DNA of 64,000 bases, from positions 124,001 to 188,000 of the forward strand of contig JBPGPT010000029.1 in the NCBI GenBank assembly GCA_051047955.1, in the 5' to 3' direction. Made by a program: the position numbers and the translations under genes. Each line of letters begins with the position of its first letter. Position 1 is the stretch's first letter. Below are positions 1 through 11,684 of this stretch, one piece after another. The stretch is from Cystobasidiomycetes sp. EMM_F5. Lineage: Eukaryota. Under the pieces are notes generated by a model that was not told the DNA's origin, did no database searches, and was given only the letters and a program-made list of their open reading frames with translations.

Positions 1-543
1 GAAGCACTGAAAGCAGCAGAATGTCAAGCGACTTCTGGTGATTTAATATGGCCCAGTTCGACAAGGCGAATCCAGCACGTACCGCTCGACGGCGCACGAA
101 TGGGTGTAGAACTGGCTATGCACTCTGCGTACCTGCGAATGGATATTGGGATACAACAAAGGATCGTGTTGAGGAAACTATGGGAGAGAAAGATTACGTT
201 CATCGAAGAGCTGGAGCTGGACAACTTTAAGCGATACGCAAGCAGGAACAGCCCTTCTTTTCCTTCGGCCAGGCTGTCGCCTACAAGCCCAAGTCATGTC
301 AGACAGGCCTCGCCTGTTTCTCCCACTGGCGGTACTGCTTACCTGAACGCTGGACGTTCGTCAGACATGACGGCCTTTTCCCCTACTGTGGCTGTCAAGG
401 CCAAGACATTGGATGCATTTGCGAGCACAAGAGCGCAGAGTTGGAGGAAATGGATTGAAAGATTGCCTTTTGCAAGCAGGATGGTCATTCTGAGCCCGGT
501 TGGACAAGGACAGATCAGAGTGGAGCAAATCAAACGGGATTGA
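1..543 (+). CDS. 3' end of a hypothetical protein, truncated by the window edge
   Basis: Frame 1 is open from base 1 to TGA at 541-543 (EALKAAECQ...RVEQIKRD). No recognised domain. Confidence 0.5.
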   Translation, partial: EALKAAECQATSGDLIWPSSTRRIQHVPLDGARMGVELAMHSAYLRMDIGIQQRIVLRKLWERKITFIEELELDNFKRYASRNSPSFPSARLSPTSPSHVRQASPVSPTGGTAYLNAGRSSDMTAFSPTVAVKAKTLDAFASTRAQSWRKWIERLPFASRMVILSPVGQGQIRVEQIKRD

Positions 544-919
544 GAAGCGTGTTGCGAGTATCGACGAGAGCGTTATGCTACGCGGGGCTGGAGGAAAGAG
601 GCGGCAATCATGCATTCAAGGCTCAGCTGGATCCGTTCAACAACGTCACGACATCGGTACCGCAGCAAGGTGACGAGGTGAGTTCTTCACTTCACACCAA
701 ACCGTTAAAAGGCTTTCAATGTACTGACATACAATACTTTCGCAGCATTCCTCTGTCTACGAGCAGCAACGGAGCTGGTCCGACCTCCAAGCCAGCAAGC
801 CGTCGTCGTCCACGCCACTTACATTTCTCGTTCCTGCCAACATCAACGACCCGCCAGCTCGACATTTGACAAGAACAAACGACGGATCTTTGCTCAAACC
901 GAGAGGGCTCGTGGATGGG

Positions 920-3457
920 ATGAAGAGATTGTCGAGGTTGCTCGGCGGGAAAGCGTTGGCGGGTGAAGACCGTCAAGGGACAGACGGCCGTGGACGACAG
1001 CTGGAAGGCGGGAACGATGGATCATCAAAGCCGACAAAGAGTACACTGCGCAACGAGTCATCTCATGGAGTCAATGCTGCCAGCTCAAACGATGCGCAAT
1101 GGGCACTGTCCTCGTCGTCGAGTGGCGAGGCTCACAACAATCCCCAAGCGAGCATCAACAAGAAGAAGCGATTCTCATTCAAGCATATGCGTAGTTCTTC
1201 GTCAAATAGCGTCAAGACATCACAACCGCCAACGTCCTCGATAATGTCGCCGTCCCATTCAGCAACGTCGTCCACAACTGCGAACTCCAGCGATGCGCAG
1301 ACAACGCCAGCCTCCTCTGTTGCTAGCAAACTCAGTGACCTCTCATATGATAATGCGCCTTCCACGTCGATGGCAGAGTCTGGCCAGCTCAAGCATGATT
1401 CGATGGTAGTCTCTCGTCAAACTACGCCAAGAGCTGATCCTACACGTCCAACATCTCGCTTGGTATCGTCCGTGTCAATGCCGGCTGTTACTTCAGCATC
1501 CCACACAGAGATCACAACAAACAATGTCCATTCAAGAAACGCCGTCAGCCCTCCGCCTCCCCTTGTTGACGGCGGTAAACCGGATGTGTATTCTCGTTCA
1601 CAAAGACAAAGAGAGCAAGTCATTGACAAAGCGGAACAGCAGCTACATGTGGATCTCGGAGCGATTAATACCCCATTACTCCCTTCAGCATTCTTCGATA
1701 AGTCCGCCTTTCGCTCCTCTTTGGACGAAGGCGATACCACGGCCATGCCATCCAGACACGCCCGCGATCGTTCAAACAGCTATGGTACGGACGGTTCAGA
1801 GGACGCATACGGGTCGTCCAGTGTCAACAGTCATCAATTGCTCAATAACTATGCTTCACATACAGACCCACCTGCCAGAGAAGAAGCGGGACCGTATGAC
1901 GACGACAAACTTCCATTGGCGCAATTCAAGATGCGTCCGAGAGTCGATTCGGATCCTACTGCAACGACTCGTCGTCCAGTCTCATTCTACTCGTTGAACC
2001 AAGCTCATCGTACATCCGTCATGTCTATCGAAGGCAATGGGCTCAGACAATCTACAGCGACCATTCGCCCGATTCCTTTTGCCCGTCAGTCTCAGCCACA
2101 GTCACCGTCAGTTTCAAAGGTGCGACAACGGAACAAGAGCGACGCGGCTCGTGCTGCAGTGCCACTCCCGGCTGCAAACGCGGCTGAATTTGAACGCTTG
2201 CGTGCTGAAGTCGCTCAGCTGCGAGCTGAACAGGCAAAGTATAGAGCGGGACATGGAAACTCGAGACTGTCCATGCACGGAAAGGAGGACAGCTTGAGGG
2301 AGCAGATTCGAGCCGAAGAGGCGAGGAAATTGCGCGACGAAGAGGAGGCGAAGCGGAAGAAGGTGAGTCGCATCCGGCACGTCTTTCTGAAGCTTTGTTC
2401 GGAAATCCTGACACAAAGTCTTGGCCTCCAGCAAGAGCACAAGCGATGGAACGCCGCTCGCCGTCAATCTGGGATCATCGAGATGGCGGAGAAGGAACAG
2501 AATCAGCGCAAAGAAGCAGAACGTAAACGAATGTCGTACATTGCCGATCTCATCATACCCTCTCATACTGCACCAGCAACTCCGCACCAGAGACCGGTGT
2601 CAGCCTTCTACCAGACAGCCTCGCCTTCCATGCATGTCACTCAGCCGGCAGATGCGAGACCTTCTTCCATGTTCTTGCCGCAGCATGGTCCTCAACTCCT
2701 GCCTGCGCAGATCTTCCAGCCACAACCCAACTACATGCAGCCGTTTGTCCATCCGATGTTTGCACAATTTGCTCACCAGCAGCAGTACGCTTCGCCCGAC
2801 ATGCAAGCCATTTATCAATCGCAAATGGCATACGGAACGGGGCAGCCGCCCATACTGGCTCCTCAAGCATCAGGATCAAGAAATAGCTCACCGGGGTCCC
2901 CTCGTATTTCGTACACCCAACAGCGATCCGAGTCTCCAAGAAGAGGATTTCCCGGTGGTGATGCAGCTCCCTCTCCTACTGCTCTTTCGCATCACTCAAA
3001 CTCGTCTGCACCGACATCCAGAACAGGCTCACCTGCAAACTCCGCATCTGCCGGTTCTCGACGAAGCAGTTACTACGTTACGTCAAACCAGACAAGCGCC
3101 AATCAACACAACACTGTCCCTCGCTTGGAAGACTTAATACGATCCGAAGAGCTGCACGGTCAAACTCGAGGGCACTATACGGAAGCTGCGTCAAAAACCG
3201 GGTCCGCGCGTGGCAGAGATCGGAGGACCGTGTCATTTTACGATACCAGCAGTCATGGACCTCCTGTTTCATCACCAACACTTCCTGCACCTCAGCGCAA
3301 TGTGCTCCCTCGTAGCGCGTCACAGGGACAAGTCGCCACTACCGCGAACCCAGTGACTACTGCCAATAGAGGTTCAAGAGCTTTTCTTGGTCCCGATCCG
3401 ATAGCGCATCTCCGACCTTCTATCAGCGCATCGTCTAGGAACTCGTGGGCTGTGTGA
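920..3457 (+). CDS. Large Ser/Pro/Gln-rich low-complexity hypothetical protein with a central charged coiled-coil segment
   Basis: 863-codon ORF 866-3457, first ATG at 920. Probable upstream intron (GTGAGT ~678 to CAG ~745) and an in-frame intron at 2363-2431. True start uncertain. Confidence 0.7.
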   Translation: MKRLSRLLGGKALAGEDRQGTDGRGRQLEGGNDGSSKPTKSTLRNESSHGVNAASSNDAQWALSSSSSGEAHNNPQASINKKKRFSFKHMRSSSSNSVKTSQPPTSSIMSPSHSATSSTTANSSDAQTTPASSVASKLSDLSYDNAPSTSMAESGQLKHDSMVVSRQTTPRADPTRPTSRLVSSVSMPAVTSASHTEITTNNVHSRNAVSPPPPLVDGGKPDVYSRSQRQREQVIDKAEQQLHVDLGAINTPLLPSAFFDKSAFRSSLDEGDTTAMPSRHARDRSNSYGTDGSEDAYGSSSVNSHQLLNNYASHTDPPAREEAGPYDDDKLPLAQFKMRPRVDSDPTATTRRPVSFYSLNQAHRTSVMSIEGNGLRQSTATIRPIPFARQSQPQSPSVSKVRQRNKSDAARAAVPLPAANAAEFERLRAEVAQLRAEQAKYRAGHGNSRLSMHGKEDSLREQIRAEEARKLRDEEEAKRKKVSRIRHVFLKLCSEILTQSLGLQQEHKRWNAARRQSGIIEMAEKEQNQRKEAERKRMSYIADLIIPSHTAPATPHQRPVSAFYQTASPSMHVTQPADARPSSMFLPQHGPQLLPAQIFQPQPNYMQPFVHPMFAQFAHQQQYASPDMQAIYQSQMAYGTGQPPILAPQASGSRNSSPGSPRISYTQQRSESPRRGFPGGDAAPSPTALSHHSNSSAPTSRTGSPANSASAGSRRSSYYVTSNQTSANQHNTVPRLEDLIRSEELHGQTRGHYTEAASKTGSARGRDRRTVSFYDTSSHGPPVSSPTLPAPQRNVLPRSASQGQVATTANPVTTANRGSRAFLGPDPIAHLRPSISASSRNSWAV

Positions 3458-3717
3458 TTACCAACTTCTAGTCACCCTTTCAAGTTCGTCAAAAGCCATC
3501 ATGTAACAAAAACTTCATACAGCTTGTCTCAACCTCAGAGTTTATCTTACAGCCACGTACATTTTGCGCTGTCACAACTTGCTTTCTGTTATCCTTTCAA
3601 AAAGAGCGTTCGCTTAGAGTCTTGGTGAACCAGCGTCTAATAAATGTCGCTTGTAACGCTACTTGTAGTCAGCACTTTTTGACAAATTTTACGTGAGATT
3701 GCAATATCCATCGAAAT

Positions 3718-4639
3718 ATGGGAACAGGCCCTGCTGCGGTCGCTGATCGATACGAATACAGCGACGAGGTCAGCCAGCATAAATGACAGAGGCAGTGCCA
3801 TGCGATGTCTTCGGTCATGGTTGTTCGACAAATAGGCAGACGGGCAGAATAGGACATTACTGTACGAAGATGTCACGCCTTGGTTGTGTACAAACATCAC
3901 GAAACACCGTCTGACCATTCGAGATATGTTGCAGCGTGCTCAGCGTGTCGTGCCGATTTTCCGGAACGATGGCCAGACGACAGCAGCTAATCCTACGGGA
4001 CGGCGTCCAGGTGTGAACACTGTGCGTAGGAGAAGCGCCAGACGGAGGACGGAAGGTGTGTACTACAGCGGGGGCGAGCATCTTCGAAGCGTAGGCATCA
4101 GTTCTCGAGGGAGGTTCCAAATCGTGGGCGACAAAAAATCGACAGTCGATCCGTCCCTGCGTTTGTTCGCCCCGACAGAGGTGTTCGTGGAAATACGGTA
4201 CCGCGTCAATAGGGCAAATCCAAAACGAGACACAGTAGCAAATGTATCTCCTTGGAGAGATGCCGTAACGGCCTCTCCACCCTCTGCAAAGACTGCGAGA
4301 AACCAAACTGGATCTTTTGCAATATGGGAGCTCGACAAGATTGGTAGACGCGTTCAAAGCGTTGTGCAATGGCATCAGCTGGAGCCTGAGCTACTAGCTA
4401 TCAAACGCGAAGTAGCGGCTACACCGGCAACTGAAACGGAATTGGTTTGGCGGGGCCTTTGTACCAAGTACGAGGGTTCATGGACTGTAGAGAAGCCCGA
4501 CGAGACGTCAGATGAGCCGTGGTATGAGGAATTTCGCCATCTTCGGCCGCGGCGGTCAAATGTCAAGCGGAGAACTCGACGTTTGGCTGATATTCTGGCA
4601 GAACCATTGCCGGCTCTTCCAAAGAAGCCAATCCGTTAG
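3718..4639 (+). CDS. Hypothetical basic protein, probably 2 exons
   Basis: ORF 3884-4639 is open back to a TAG acceptor at ~3835. The upstream exon ATG3718 (MGTGPAAVADRYEYSDE) ends at a GTCAGC donor in matching phase 0. Confidence 0.5.
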
Positions 4640-4723
4640 TTGTGCATGTGTCAGTAATCAATCAGTCTATCGTTATATCGTCAGTCAGTGCTCAGTCCGG
4701 TCAGCCAGCGCCCAAACGAAGCC

Positions 4724-6877
4724 ATGAATGACTTTCTGCCCCGCGAGATACTGCTGATAGCCCAGGCTGCCTACAAGGACGGCGCTGGATCGTTCGAAGC
4801 CATCTCGCAGCGGCTCCAGAGCCATCCGAGCACTGCCAGCCGAGCTCCAGGATCCTTCAGCCCGGCCGTGCGTCCATTCAGCGGCCAGCGTGTATCATTT
4901 CATTACGCTGACCAGCTTTTGCATGAATTTCCTAATCGCTGCTCTCAATTGGCGGGTTCCAGGCCTGCTTTGGCGTTTACAAGCAGCTCCTGGCAGGACA
5001 AGGTGTCGCCGTCGAGGACAAGTGAGGATGACCCAAAGCGCACGTAGACCTTTCCGGAGTACTAACACGACATGCTCTGTGCGGTTGCGCTGCGTCTCCG
5101 CCCTTTTTTCCCCGTCGAAAAGGGATGCAATTCCACCCGAATACAAACGGAGTATGGGTGAGTATATGCTGACGGCAGGCGGACTATGAGGCCATATTAC
5201 GGCTTACGTGGACTTTTAAACTGACATTGCCCCACTTTTTAGCTCGAAAGAACCTAGAAATCGCTCACGGGTGCTACGCCGCTCGCCTGTCTGAGATACG
5301 TCGGGCCTTCGCAATGGAAGAAGACTACATGAAGTAAGCCCGCTCTACTAACCGCCTGTATTGATGAGAAGAGTCTTGAATACTATACTGACTCCGTCTA
5401 CAGAAAGCTCATTCAGGAAACGGAAGCCATACAGCGTGGAGAATGGGATGCGCGATTGATGGAAGAGTACACGCAATCGCAGCAACTACACAAGCCACCC
5501 TCACTTCGACATGGTCAATCACAGCCGCCGATACTCGACTCGATATCCGAGGAAGCGGCGCCATTAATTCTCGCGCCTTCTATCACAAGAGACCGTCTAT
5601 CCAGCCCCAATAAGGCATCTTCATCTTCAGCACATCCTACTTCTCCAAACAGGCCGACTACGCGTTCTTCGCGGTCTCCTGAACGGATAGCCACTGCCTC
5701 CAGTGACAGGGCATCAGAACAGCCAATTTCCGCGGGACTGGAAGAGCAGCTAAACGCCTCAGATGGAGCTGGAGTCTTCCACGATATTGAGAGTAACATG
5801 GAAGATGTCGTGCCATCGAGTGTGCCTACAGAGGCGGGTGCAGCTGACAATCAAGCTGTACGAGGCGGGCACCGTAAAGCCCGTTCGGTATCGACTCGAG
5901 GGACCAAGCCGAGTCTACCCGAACGACGCACATCTACCCGAGGTACCAGGCATTCCATTGCCGGCATCAGCGATGTTACACAGCCGCTTGGCCCGCCTCT
6001 CATCGCTCCAGAAGGTCCGAGCGCGATTCGGGTAGATGAGGTGGAGGCTGTATTGCCAGAGAATGTGGACGAGGAAGTTGGAGTGCCGGATAGTGCCGAC
6101 TCTCCGCAGAGTGTAGCAATGGATCGTGACAGCTCGAAAGAGTCGGTAGCCAGACGGGGTGGTATGAGAGGCATGCGCAGGACATCGATACCTCCAGGTC
6201 GAGATGCATTTAAGCGGAAACGGGGACAGACACCAACACAAGGATCAGGTAGTGGTCGAGCTGGATCTCCAGCATTGTCTGATCTTGCACGAAATAAGCG
6301 CATCAAGACTGAAGAAGCCGATTCATCGATTGGGACGCCAGGTGAGTATACTTTCTGCTTTTATGTAATTGTCTCGGGCTCAATCAATCACTCGACAATG
6401 CATAGACATCGACCGGAACTCGGCGGGACCCAGCACCCAGCCTGCTACAATGACTGCCAAGCGGTTCCGAGCGACTGTCGTGCCGCTCATCAGCCAGATG
6501 CAGAGCAGCGTCTACTCGACGTACTTTAAGGATCCCGTACGACAGGGCGAAGCAGCAAATTACTTTGAGATTGTCCGCCGGCCGATGGACTACAAGAGTC
6601 TACTTCAAAACCTCAAAGCTGGTCGAGTGACCAACAGTGTCGAATTTGCAAGAGACCTAGCTCTCATATTTGCCAATGCCATCATGTACAATGGCAAGGA
6701 TCACCACGTCAGCCAGGATGCTGCTGCAATGTGGAAGGAAGCTCAGGGGTGAGTGGGCGAGTGGGCGAGTCGGCGAGTCGGCGAGTCGACTCGATAAGCT
6801 TGTGGATTTACTGACTCTTCCCTTCTCGACATAGACTACTGCGAGTCCTTGAAGCTGCCGAGCAGCGTATGGCTTGA
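4724..6877 (+). CDS. Bromodomain protein, BRD8-like (N-terminal helical region, disordered middle, C-terminal bromodomain); multi-exon
   Basis: C-terminal YFKDPV...NYFEIVRRPMDYK...EFARDLALIFANAIMYNG is a canonical bromodomain. N-terminal LLIAQAAYKDG..F..IS..L resembles BRD8-type N-termini. The last exon ends ...QRMA-TGA at 6875-6877. Confidence 0.85.
6751..6790. repeat. Five tandem copies of an 8-mer (GAGTGGGC/GAGTCGGC) at the start of the last bromodomain-gene intron
   Basis: Read directly: gagtgggc gagtgggc gagtcggc gagtcggc gagtcgac. Confidence 0.9.
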
Positions 6878-7151
6878 GCTGTCCTAGTCTAGACGGGGTA
6901 AGGACTGCTCGTTGTTTGTGTACTGTTGTCGGCGGTGTCTCGCTCAAATCCAGACAAGCCAATCTTAATGAATACTGTTTCCGGACACAATGAGAGTAAT
7001 TTGCTTGTTCTCCGAGATGTTTTGCGAATATGCGACCTGTCGATAGGTCAGTCCCTCGAGGATCCCCTGGCCTGACCTTGCACCAACTCGGCCAACAATA
7101 AAGAAAAGCGCCAACTCGCCCGCCCAACTCTTTCCGGAACAAGCTACAACA

Positions 7152-8487
7152 ATGTCGGCAGCTATGGCAGCGTCGCCAATGGCAGAGTCGCCCGCAGTGA
7201 CGCGCTTGTCGTCGTATGTCGGGTTTGATACGTGAGTTTGAATGAAAACAACGGCGACGACGAGCACAAAGGAAGCTGATATTTCAAACTGACGATCTGA
7301 ATGAACTGAATGGCATTACGCTCCTTTTCGCCGTTCATTTTCCAGAATTACAACCCAAATTGAACACCGTCTCATCAAACGGGGCTTCAGCTTCAACGTC
7401 CTGCTGGCGGTGGGCTTACTCTATGACTTGTTGGATGACATTCAAGATATCCACGTCTGACGCCCGCTTGATGTTCCCAGGGCCAGTCTGGACTCGGCAA
7501 GAGTACCCTCATAAACACGATATTCGCATCGCATTTGCTCGACTCCAAGGGCAGAAAGGAAGTCGATGAGCCTATCCGGCAGACGACGGAGATTGAGGTG
7601 GTCCAGCATCGTGAGTGAGGGCGAGCCAGTCGGATTCAGGACACGCTCAGGCCCCTCAGTATCCTGGGCGCGTACAGGCAACAATGGCTGACCAGTATAT
7701 ACGACACCCCAGGCATTCAAGAAAACAACGTCAAGCTCAATCTGCGCATCGTCGACACGCCAGGCTACGGCGACCAGATTGACAATGAAGGGAAATGGGA
7801 TCCCATTGTCAAGTACATCAAGGACCAGCACTCGCAGTACCTGCGCAAAGAGTTGACTGCAATGCGCGATCGTCACATTGAAGACACGCGCATCCACTGC
7901 TGCCTCTACTTTATCCGCCCATCCGGTCACAGTCTCAAGCCCATCGACGTGATTGTCATGAAGAAGCTGGCAGACGTAGTCAATGTCGTACCCGTCATTG
8001 CCAAAGCAGACAGTCTGACCCTCGAAGAACGTCACCGCTTCAAGGAGACGATTCGCGCCGAAATGGCCTACCACGGTATCCGAGCCTACCCTCCTACAGC
8101 CCAAGAGTACGACTACGACGCCAACGAAGCAGAACTCAACGAGACTATCCGATCAATGATTCCATTCGCCGTCGTCGGATCAGAACGCAACGTCATCATT
8201 GACGGCAAACCGGTTCGGGGTCGCAAGATGAAGTGGGGCGTCATCAATGTCGAGAATGAGCAGCATTGCGATTTCGTCTACCTCCGTAACTTTCTGACTA
8301 GGTGAGCTGTTCTACAATGTACTCTGTTTGTAGCATACGCTGATCGCCGGGCATTCTCAGGACTCATCTGCAAGATCTCATTGAGACTACTGCTCTGATT
8401 CACTATGAAGCTTTCCGCTCAAAGCAGCTCAACGCGCTCAAGGAGTCTTCCACCAAGGCCGCTTCTCGTGATCAGCAGCAGTCTTGA
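7152..8487 (+). CDS. CDC10: Septin, Cdc10/AspD class; multi-exon
   Basis: Spliced SYVGFDT-ITTQIEHRLIKRGFSFN, P-loop GQSGLGKSTLINTIF, DTPGYGD, IAKAD, GRKMKWG and HYEAFR. No C-terminal coiled coil, as expected for Cdc10. Confidence 0.93.
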
Positions 8488-8933
8488 TATCCGTTGGCCT
8501 TCTCGTGGTTTGTGTAAGGATCACCCACGTCTTTCCTTAGTTTTCGTCATACCGCATTCACATCGAGCATAGCAGTGGCAGTATGAAGGGCAGACGGAGC
8601 ATCGAGCAGGCGTATTGTTGTGCACTGAATACGTAGTCTGGGTAGCCTGGTAGTCGCAGTCCAAGCCAAGCATGGTCGTCGTTTGGGTTGTTTATCGTTG
8701 GTTGGATAGTGCTTCGGCTCTGACAATGCATGATTCTTGATGCTTTTCGAGAATGCGACCATCTTGCCAGTTTCAGGTTCTCTTGGCCAGGCTTGATACC
8801 AGAGACAACAGCTGCAGCCGTAGCCTTGTCCCCTTCACCGTTTTCGGGCTTTACAACCGAGGTGTATTGGCTTCCGCAAACCCAGAGCTTCCAGGCACGC
8901 TTTCGCTTGTTACGTATGACCCAGATGATACCT

Positions 8934-9839
8934 TCACTTCCCTGACCGCACGCGAGCTAGATCTGACCCGGTCGTGTCGGGATGGAGGAGATGGGAGACG
9001 GACTTTTGCAGAGAGACGCGGCTGCTGCGAAATCGAGCGCGAACTGAGATGAGGCGCATCTACTTCATTTCCGCCGACTCACGATGTATGTTCGCTATCC
9101 ACAATGTCGGCATAGCTCTGCCTGTCGGCTCGCTTGTGCAGGTAGTGTTTTGTCTTGATTTCCGGCTTGACCACGATGACTGGGACGGGCGAGGCTGTAA
9201 CGGCATACTTGCTCACTCTGCCGATTAAGCCAGACGTCCACTTGCTCTCCTTGCCCCTCGTTCCCACTACGATACTGTCTGGTCTATACACCCAAATCAT
9301 CTTTTGTATCGTCTCTTCGACCTTGCCGACCGCAAACTCGACGGCGACGCTGCACGAGACGTCAGCGTGGTGCATCACATCGTCTACAAGGTGTCGAGCT
9401 TCCTCCTTTGCCGTGTCTGAGATTGACCCGCCAAAAGCGGCGGCCGAAGCGTTTGGGTCTAGAACGCGGAGAACGACTACCTGGTCGCCTCCTCAATGAG
9501 ATTTTCGATGCACCAGTGAAGAGCGTGCTGCGAGTACGAGTTCATGTCTGTGCAGCACAGAAAGAGCCTTGAATGGGCTGTTCTCGCAAACCCTGGGGTG
9601 CAGCTCCGCAATGCAAACGACTGGGTCAGCCCGAGTCCTGCGCCGTGTATCGCTGGCTCGAGCGAGTCAAACGACACCCGCTGCTCGTACGCTGTCGCCT
9701 CGCTGTCCCCCAATGAGCGCAGACGGCTCCTATCGTGTCCGATATCGATATCCTTGGACGTTGTCGAGCTCCTGAGCGAGGATTTGAGCGCCATTGCTGG
9801 TGCAGCGTCAGTGTGATGGGCTTCAGCTACGTGTTCCAT
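8934..9839 (-). CDS. Universal stress protein (Usp)-domain protein with an apparent 1-nt frameshift near 9488
   Basis: RLFLCCTDMNSYSQHALHWCIENLIEE / GDQVVVLRV ... EFAVGKVEETIQKMIWVYRPDSIVVGTRG...GRVSKYAVTASPVPVIVVK matches fungal Usp proteins. Probable final intron at ~9082-9030. Confidence 0.8.
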
Positions 9840-9868
9840 TATGCAGAGCAGCTCATGGGTTGGAGTTG

Positions 9869-9903
9869 GAAAGAAAGAAAGAAAGAAAGAAGGAAAGAAA
9901 GAA
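9869..9903. repeat. (GAAA)n microsatellite in the short divergent spacer
   Basis: About 8 units with one interruption, read directly. Confidence 0.9.
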
Positions 9904-9964
9904 TGTATTTACTTTGAATTTCAAGTTGCTCTTTGGCTCCGCATCGACTGGTCTCGGCTGACTT

Positions 9965-11684
9965 ATGCTAATCCATATCGTCGGAGGTGCGCTGACTACA
10001 ACTAACCACTGACGATGTCGAAAGCAAGGAATCAGGCTGAACGATGCGATTTGTTTATGGATTCCAGTCGGATCTGTAGGGTCTCTGGTCGCAACTCAGC
10101 TCTCCCTGGCATCGTCAAACATCCAGCTTCAGCTCATCGTACGGAGTCGTGAATTGCTCAGAAAGCTGTCGCCAGAGATTGGGGGTCTGAATGATGACGT
10201 TCGCAGCAAGACTACAGCAACCGTGAACCCGGTTGTAAACAGGATCACTATCCAGCAAGATGAGAAACAGATATCTGCCGGACCATTCGAGCTAGAGCTC
10301 CTGCCGTACCCCCGGCATGTATATCCAATCCCAGGCCACGCAAAGGATCGCTTCCATATCGAGCGAACCTTGCCGAGAGTCATAGACAGGGACAACAGCT
10401 TCGCTAGACGTGGAGCAATCAGCAGTCTGATCGTTGCATCAAAAGCCCACGAAGTATCTTCGGCCATCGAGGGGCTTCTACCACGACTGTCCAAAGATAG
10501 CACTATAGTCCTGCTGCAGAACGGGGCAGGCCTCGTCGAGACACTCACTCGAGACTTTTTCCCAGACGAATATTCAAGACCTAGTTTTATCGTTGGCGTC
10601 AACAGCCATGGCGCGTGGGTCAAGCGATGGCCCGAGTGGCCTTCGCCGGGCGATGGCACACGTCAACATCGCGAGATGCTCACAGTTTGGGCGGGAGTGG
10701 GTGAGATTGCCTTTGCAACATTGGCAAATGTTCAAGTACGAGAAGCAATAGCAGCCAACTCATCGCCCTCCACGGCATCCGAGAACCCGATATATGATGC
10801 CTTCCTAGCCAAAGCACCCTCCTTGAATGACATACCTGTGCTCCCGCAAACAGCAAGCTTGCGATCGACTATAGCCGCTCTACTCGCTGCAACATCGCTC
10901 AAACCTCGATGGACGTCTTGTCCCGAACTGCAAACACAGCAGCAAGTCAAAGTAGCCGTCAACTGTGTCGTCAACCCGCTCACAGTGATTTACGATACCA
11001 AGAATGGCATCTTTCCAGCTAGCGAAAACGCGAGAGCCCTCACACGAAGGATCTGCGAGGAAATAAGTAGGGTATACGCCGCTCAATCGAGGCTGCAACT
11101 TATCCAACGAATGAGAAACGAAAGTGCTTCGGCCGATTTGGAGAAGCAAGCAGCTTCGCTCGGCGTGGATGAGCGTCAGCTTTTCGACACAGAGCAATTT
11201 GCCCCGGATCACCATTTACATGCTTCATCCCTCTACGCTCGAGTTTTACAGGTAGCCGCCGCAACCTCCAGTAATATATCAAGCACTCTTCAAGACGTTC
11301 GTCTCGGCAGGACTTCCACCGAGATGTACGTGCTTCCGAGTAAAGCTTAACAGCTTTACGTCGCGACTGACTGACTGAAGTATCGTTCCATTCAGTGACT
11401 ATCTCAATGGCTACATAGTCAGACTAGGACAAGCAGTCAACGTCCCCACGCCTGTCAACGAGTCACTCATTGACATGGTCAAATACAAGCTGGACATTGC
11501 AGCATTGGCTGCCAAGGAATGCCAAAAACGTCCATACGCTGTCCAGACCTCTGTCGGCCGCAAGATAGTGACGGATCAGCATGGCACTTTCTACCTCCCG
11601 CAAGGTGTGCCGTCGAACAGTATCGTCGATCACCGCTCAAGGCGCGGATCCCCAACTCCTCCCAAGCGAAGCAGAAGTCACTAG
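9965..11684 (+). CDS. Ketopantoate (2-dehydropantoate) reductase, PanE/ApbA family
   Basis: Splicing 9987-10067 builds the Rossmann motif MLIHIVGVGSVGSLVA. Also LLQNGAG, KVAVNCVVNPLT, NISSTLQDV and the spliced TEIDYLNGYIV. Confidence 0.88.
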
